DNA of 64,000 bases from Amoebophrya sp. A120 (lineage: Eukaryota; Protista; Dinoflagellata): assembly GCA_905178155.1 (NCBI GenBank), contig CAJINV010000003.1:9493979-9557978 (forward strand). Direction: 5' to 3'. A program made the position numbers and the translations under genes. Below the pieces are notes generated by a model. That model saw only the letters and a list, made by a program, of their open reading frames with translations. It had not been told where the DNA came from and did not search any database. Below, piece by piece: positions 58,442 to 64,000 of this stretch. The stretch's first letter is position 1; the number at the start of each line of letters is the position of its first letter.

Positions 58442-61400
58442 CTACCTCTTTGCCGGATTCGCACCAACTTCGGAGCCACCTCCTCGCCAAGTAGCTAGTT
58501 GAGAGCTGGCGCCCGGCCTCGGGTTTATACGAGTGCGACACTTTTGCACTGGATCGGCTCTCTCATGCAACGACTCCACGGGCCTGCATTCAGAAGCGAC
58601 CGAGGGCCGGAAGGAAATTCTTTGCAAGTCGCGGGCTGGGGCGCTTTTTCTTTTAGTATCGCTTAGCGGAAATTCTTCCGTCTGCACTCCACCTACGCTC
58701 CCGCTCCCACCATTATAGAGGTGTCCGACGTGCTGCCCATACATGCCGATATGGAAAAGCAGCGAGTGTCTTGGCGCAACAAACTTCCAGCCCGTGCGCT
58801 GCGCGGCTGCAACCATGGACCAGTCGAATTGGTAGCTGCTTACAGTGTCGCCGCCTGCTCTATTGCGAATTTTGCGGAGCGCGTCCTCAGCAGCATGCAA
58901 CAGGGTTCGCGCAGCGTGTCGCGTCAACACCAGCCCTGCGGCCCCGCCTGACTCCTTCTGCTCCAAAGCAATCGCTATCCAATGTAAGCATGTCTTTCTG
59001 ACCCCCCCGGGGTAATATTATTGCGGGCTTCGGGCTCGGATGAACGCGCGCACGCACAAGCGCGGGCCTGCCACGCTGGGCCAGTTATCGCCTGGGCCTT
59101 CGCGCAACAAATTCACGCAAGAAAATGGAACCACCCTGTTGCAGCGTCGCATCCTGTTTATGGTGATCGCCAAACCCACAGACCCCCTCAGCTATTCCAG
59201 TCACGACCTAAAAGCATTCGAACTCGCCCCACTCCCTGTAATTAGTGCCAGAAAGATACACATGGCGCTGTGTACTACTACTACTAGTACTACTAGTACT
59301 ACTAGTGCTACTACTACTAATACTGCTATATCCGTGAAGTTCCGCGCTGAGCTTGAGTTTTTGTCATGGATGGGCAGTGCTTTGCGATCTCTTGGTCCTG
59401 GGGAACCGGGCCGGGCCGGCGCCGGCCACTCTCTAGATGGACTGGGCCGCTCGGCGACTTCCCAATTCTGTGCCTCACGATATTTCAGGCCTCCGCCTGC
59501 CGGGGCCCGTGGCGTTCGAAGGCCGTAAAGCATGGCGGGGCTGCCTTGATACATAGCGCCGCTGCCGTGGCGTGGTACTGGTAAAAACCTACGCCCGGGC
59601 CCAAGGTGATAACACAAGGGCAGGCGGTTCCAAGCAGCGACCAACCCTTTGGGCTGCGTCGTTGCATGCGGTGCCCCACGCCTTGCCCGCGCTGCCTCGT
59701 CACTAGTTTCACAGCAAGCAGGCCGCGACAATGTGACTGCGGCCCCAAAGGGGTCGCAGTCAAACCAGACTAATCTGAATGCAAATTGTCGCGCGCACTG
59801 ACAAGAGCACTGTGGTGGCTATTGCAATAATTCCCGACCCGCCCCCGACGGCCGCCAGCGCGTGCCCCCGACCAAAAATAACGCAGCCCAAGCCGCTAAC
59901 AAAAGCCGGCGTCCGAACAAATTCCAGCGGGGCCCGCGACAGAGGCCCACCACGCACACCCTTCCGATTAAACGCGCCCGAGTACGAAAGCGCCTAAGGC
60001 ACACCGGCGGGACTGCAAAAAGTTCGCCCATACGCTGCGCGGCAAAAACACACGAAGGCGGTTTGCTCGCGGCACGCACGCGGCCACCTTTCTGGAAAAC
60101 AGAGGACCAATAGAACCCCCCTCCGAAGCCTGCTAGTCTTACCAATAATAGCCGCCCCATCGAGGGTAGTGAGGTCAAGGCGATTTTTGTGACTGCCCGC
60201 CCCCATTTTCCTTACTGTTCTCGCGCATTCCACTAATGAGCGAAGTAGTCGCGTTGTTTGCCTCGAGTATTCCGTCGCGTAAAATATTACTCCGCATCAT
60301 GGTGTCGCGGATGGCAGAAATCACAGCCACAGGCCTCCGCCTTCGCGTCTCCCAAGCCCGGAAGCCTCGCCCACCTGCTAAGCTATGGCCCCGCCAAGGC
60401 CTCCACCAGCGCCAACCCCCTGGGCGCCCCGAGTCGGGCCTTTTAAAGGCCCGACGCTAAAGGCTTCAGCATGCGGATTGGCTTTCAGATTTTTGCGGAC
60501 TTTGCTTCTTTGGGTTTTTTTTGTTGAAAAGTCGCACTGTTTGGCCTGTTCCCCGCATTACAAATGCCAGATTTTGGTGGCCGGCCTCGCGACCTTCAAA
60601 AGTGAGCCAAAATGGGGCCCATGCCATGCGGCTTCGCGCTGTTTTTCGCCTTGGCATTTTTCCGGCGCCCCTTTTTGGGCGGCCCAAATCGACGGAAATA
60701 GGTGCGCTGGGAGCCTCGGAAGGGCGCCCCTTTTGCCGGCTCCCCTGCATCGTTTTATCCCGTGCGAGTCGATAGCCTTCGACCGGGCTTGTTTGATATC
60801 AAAGCCCCGGCCGCTTGATCATTGAAAATCTTTTTTGTCAAAAAACACTTCCGCCCGCTTGAAAACTGCCGGTCGTTTTGCGCGATGCCTGGCAAAAAAG
60901 CCGCTAGATTAGAACGCTCGTGACCTCACTACATACAACGCTGCAAGTGTTTTAGTTTTTCTATTAGATCATTTTGACCTCCGACAAACTGTTTGAAGTG
61001 CCACGTTTGCGCTGGATAGTCGAAATACTTGGGCTGGGCGCAAGGGCCGCAATCGGTTTGTGCCAATTCAGCTTGTGTGACGGGTTGAACAACGATAGGA
61101 TGCACATTTTTCCGGTTTCGTTTCTCTCCGAAGAGGCATCTGCCGGACTAACAACGCCACTGTGCCTAGTATCTTTGCCAAACAACGCCGACGGTGGTGC
61201 CGCCCGGACCTCCCCCGCCTGTGAATTCCACGTGCCTAGAATCTGCTGCATCGCCAGGCCAATGCCCTTCGCGGGAACCATGTCGGAATCCAGCAGCAGA
61301 AGCGCTTCGTATTCCGGGCGCTGATCGAAAAAAAACCGAGCCAAGAGGTGGGTCGTTATATCAGCCTTTAGTTGCTTCACATGTTGATTTTTCAACATAT

Positions 61401-61760
61401 GTTCATCGGTCGCAAGTAAATGCCTCGAGCTGAGCACGTGGCTCTCCGGCAAACCAAACCAGTGCTGCAGATCTACCAACGAGTACTGGTCACTGTTGTC
61501 ATCCATGATGTACAGATTGCGTTTCGGAATGTCGTTAACGGCCAAGTGCTGGCTCAGAACCTCGGATAGGAACCGCACGTACCCAATGCGATTGAACGTT
61601 GGGATGCCGATCATTATTTTAACCGGCTCTGGAGATTGTGCCGTGGCTATCTTTGACGCAGCCGCAACGCTCTCAACCAATCCCGCCGTCAGCGCCCGCT
61701 GCTTGACAAGTTCAGCAGGTTCGACCGGCTTTGTGATTGGCGTGCGATGTGGGTGCTTTC
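58442..61760 (-). CDS. GT-A fold glycosyltransferase (GT2-like), at least 2 exons; 5' end unresolved
   Basis: IMIGIPTFNR, LYIMDDNSD and the DxD motif LLLLDSD in the about 61760-60979 exon. GGAAGLVLTR, FDW and SLLFHIG in the about 59000-58442 exon. Confidence 0.8.
59273..59326. repeat. (TAC)n/TACTAG microsatellite
   Basis: TACTACTACTACTAGTACTACTAGTACTACTAGTGCTACTACTAC. Confidence 0.9.
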
Positions 61761-64000
61761 CGGCGGGCAAGACGTAGTTTCTAACTCCCGACGCCTTTTT
61801 CGAAGCACCCGGCAGATTATATATTCCTTGGGATTTTCGTGCCCACCTTCCACAACCTCCTGCCGCAACCCCCCCCCCCCCCCCGAACGAAAACACCGGC
61901 CAAAGGTCCCGGCCACAACTTCCGGCCAAAACCCTCCGGGCCCCCAGGTCCGAGGGGCGCCGCAATGTCTCGGGAACGGACCCTGCAGCCCCCGAATGAT
62001 CGCGCGCCCGCCCTTCCTCGAGGCACCATCGTCCCCGGACGCTCCGACTCCCATTCCGCGGGGCCCTTTGTGGCTCCAACAAACGGGCTGCCGATTTCCC
62101 GGGCCTTGTTCACACAAAGGGGGAGGCGTGCCTCGCACAGTGGGCCTCCTGCAAAGCATCGGCCCCCATCCAGATCCCGCGAGCCATTGAAGATCCGGAG
62201 TCTCCGGCCAACCCTTCCCTCGGGCCCCAAGCCGGCCCGACTTTACGGGGGGGGAAGCGATGCAATCTGGCCCCGGGACTCCCGAAGCCCCCGACCCCGG
62301 AAACAGGCCCCCTGCCGCTGGGGCCCGAGCCTCCACGCCGGCACGGGCCCGGCGCTTCAGGAATTCCCGGAAACAAACCCTTCCTACGACGCACAGGCCG
62401 CCGAGACCGCCAGCCCCTTCTGGCTTTGGACGAAAAAGCCCCGGGCCCGATGGCGAAAAAGGCTCGGGCCGCCGACAATCGAACCCCGGGGCCTTCGTTC
62501 TGGCCTCCTCATCTGTTACATTCTCAACTGTTACGCAGCGAGGTAGCGACTTTTGATCATTTTAACTAGCTATACACCGCGGCAGCTAAAAATATTAGTT
62601 TTTTTAATTAAAGCTGTGCTTTTTGGAATCGCGGCGGACGGCTGGATCCAGGGAGCGGCAAGGCGGAAATCCGGAGCCTGCAGCTGCATCATCGTCATCA
62701 TGTAATGGACACCCGCTCCCAGCGCCACAGGTCAAGGATCCCCTCCCCGGGGGGTGGGCGAGGAAGCACTTTCGGCGACCTCATCATACAAAAGCCGAGC
62801 GCTACCACGGCAAGTCGCCCCAAGAAAAGTGCCAACCAGTCGGGAGCTACCCACCACGCCTGATCAGTACAGCCTGCCCGGCCAGCTAGCCGAGCGCGAC
62901 AGCCCAACATTCAGAACGACCCAGGACCCGACCCATTTTACGCCATAAGTTTTTGCTCTCACGGAAGAGGCGACGCACCCCTTTGGGTTAAGGGGCGAGG
63001 CTCTCCCTTAAGCCGCAACCCCACCCGGACAGGGGAGGCTGGGCCATTTGTGCCTTCCCTGCGGCACGGGCGAAAAAGGCAAGCGCGCGGACCGTAGACG
63101 TCAAACCATTGGCCAGCTGTTTGGCACTGCTGACGGGCAACCCACCTGGGGCACAGCGACAACTTAAAGGCTTGGCGTGTGCGTGGCGGTCGTCTTAGTG
63201 CAGCCCCTTGCCTTATTCTGCAACAGAAGCGAAGGGCGGGCGGGGGGGCTGGGATCGTAAGCCGGAGGCGCGTCGGGGCTTACCAATTAAGGGTGGCCGG
63301 CAATCCCCTTTGCATATTGAGCCCCCCGCTTCCAAACTAGCTCCGTCCTGCGCCACCAATAAACTTCCTTCTGTTGCAGAGTGAACCAACGTCCCAGGAC
63401 CGCAGAGCGCTAAGTCCACTGAACCCGGCGCAAGCCTCCTCGGGACTCCTCGCCACCTCCTGTCTGCGCGGGAGGCTTGCGGGAGCTACAGTCTTGCACT
63501 TGTAGCACGCCTCTGCTGACTTTTTCTTTCGTTTTTCTTAGTTCTTGCGCAGCGTTTCTCTACGTTCTGACTCTCGTGCGTTCTGTTCAACAAATTTGCT
63601 TCAAAAGCCCTCTGCGCGGCACGGTCTCAGTGTGACAGAATCTCAGTGGCTCGAGTGGACATCACTAGGCTGCTCGCGCGCTTGCCTGTAGATTGGCCGA
63701 GAAGTCGGCGCGTCCTCCGCCTCCTCTTTCTTCCTGCCTGTGGCCCGACGCAACATCTCGCCCAAGCTCCTGGGTGTGGGTTGCTCGCCTGCAATGAATA
63801 TGAATTGCAAAATCCCGCCTCCAGCATGACAAGTCTGCCCGCCTGACGCATGAACTCTCTCTAATACCTACAAAGGCCCGCCTCCTGGGGCTCGGGAGCA
63901 GCTGGCTTGTCGCGCTGGAGTGGGACTCCGGAGTTGATAACTCGCGACCACCCGCAGAAGGAAGGCCCCCCGGAAGGCACGCAGCCACAAACAAACGCGA

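Overview
Eukaryotic nuclear DNA, GC-rich and intron-rich, with one scaffold gap (N at 2787-3207). The mix of canonical and apparently non-GT-AG introns, the dense intronic inverted-repeat elements and a dinoflagellate-like PUF protein suggest an Amoebophrya-like syndinian dinoflagellate; this is an inference and was not searched. Genes I can reconstruct, all on the minus strand: RPS19 (3 exons, complete), a Pumilio/PUF RNA-binding protein (about 37.6-21.5 kb), a cyclic-nucleotide-binding-domain (CNBD) protein (from 52585), and a GT-A fold, GT2-like glycosyltransferase (about 61.7-58.4 kb). Two unidentified plus-strand genes are weakly supported. An intact Ty1/copia LTR retrotransposon (43689-49923, 235-bp LTRs, TSD AGAAA, single gag-pol ORF) lies antisense in a CNBD-gene intron. 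The most unusual signals are: (1) a 3.8-kb island almost devoid of GpC but retaining CpG, containing GC-rich, hairpin-forming cores that may be unknown ncRNAs; (2) non-canonical introns with short direct repeats and self-pairing ends; (3) a copia primer-binding site that is not a tRNA 3'-end type, plus a transmembrane-like segment inside gag-pol; (4) clustered perfect palindromes with a single central base.
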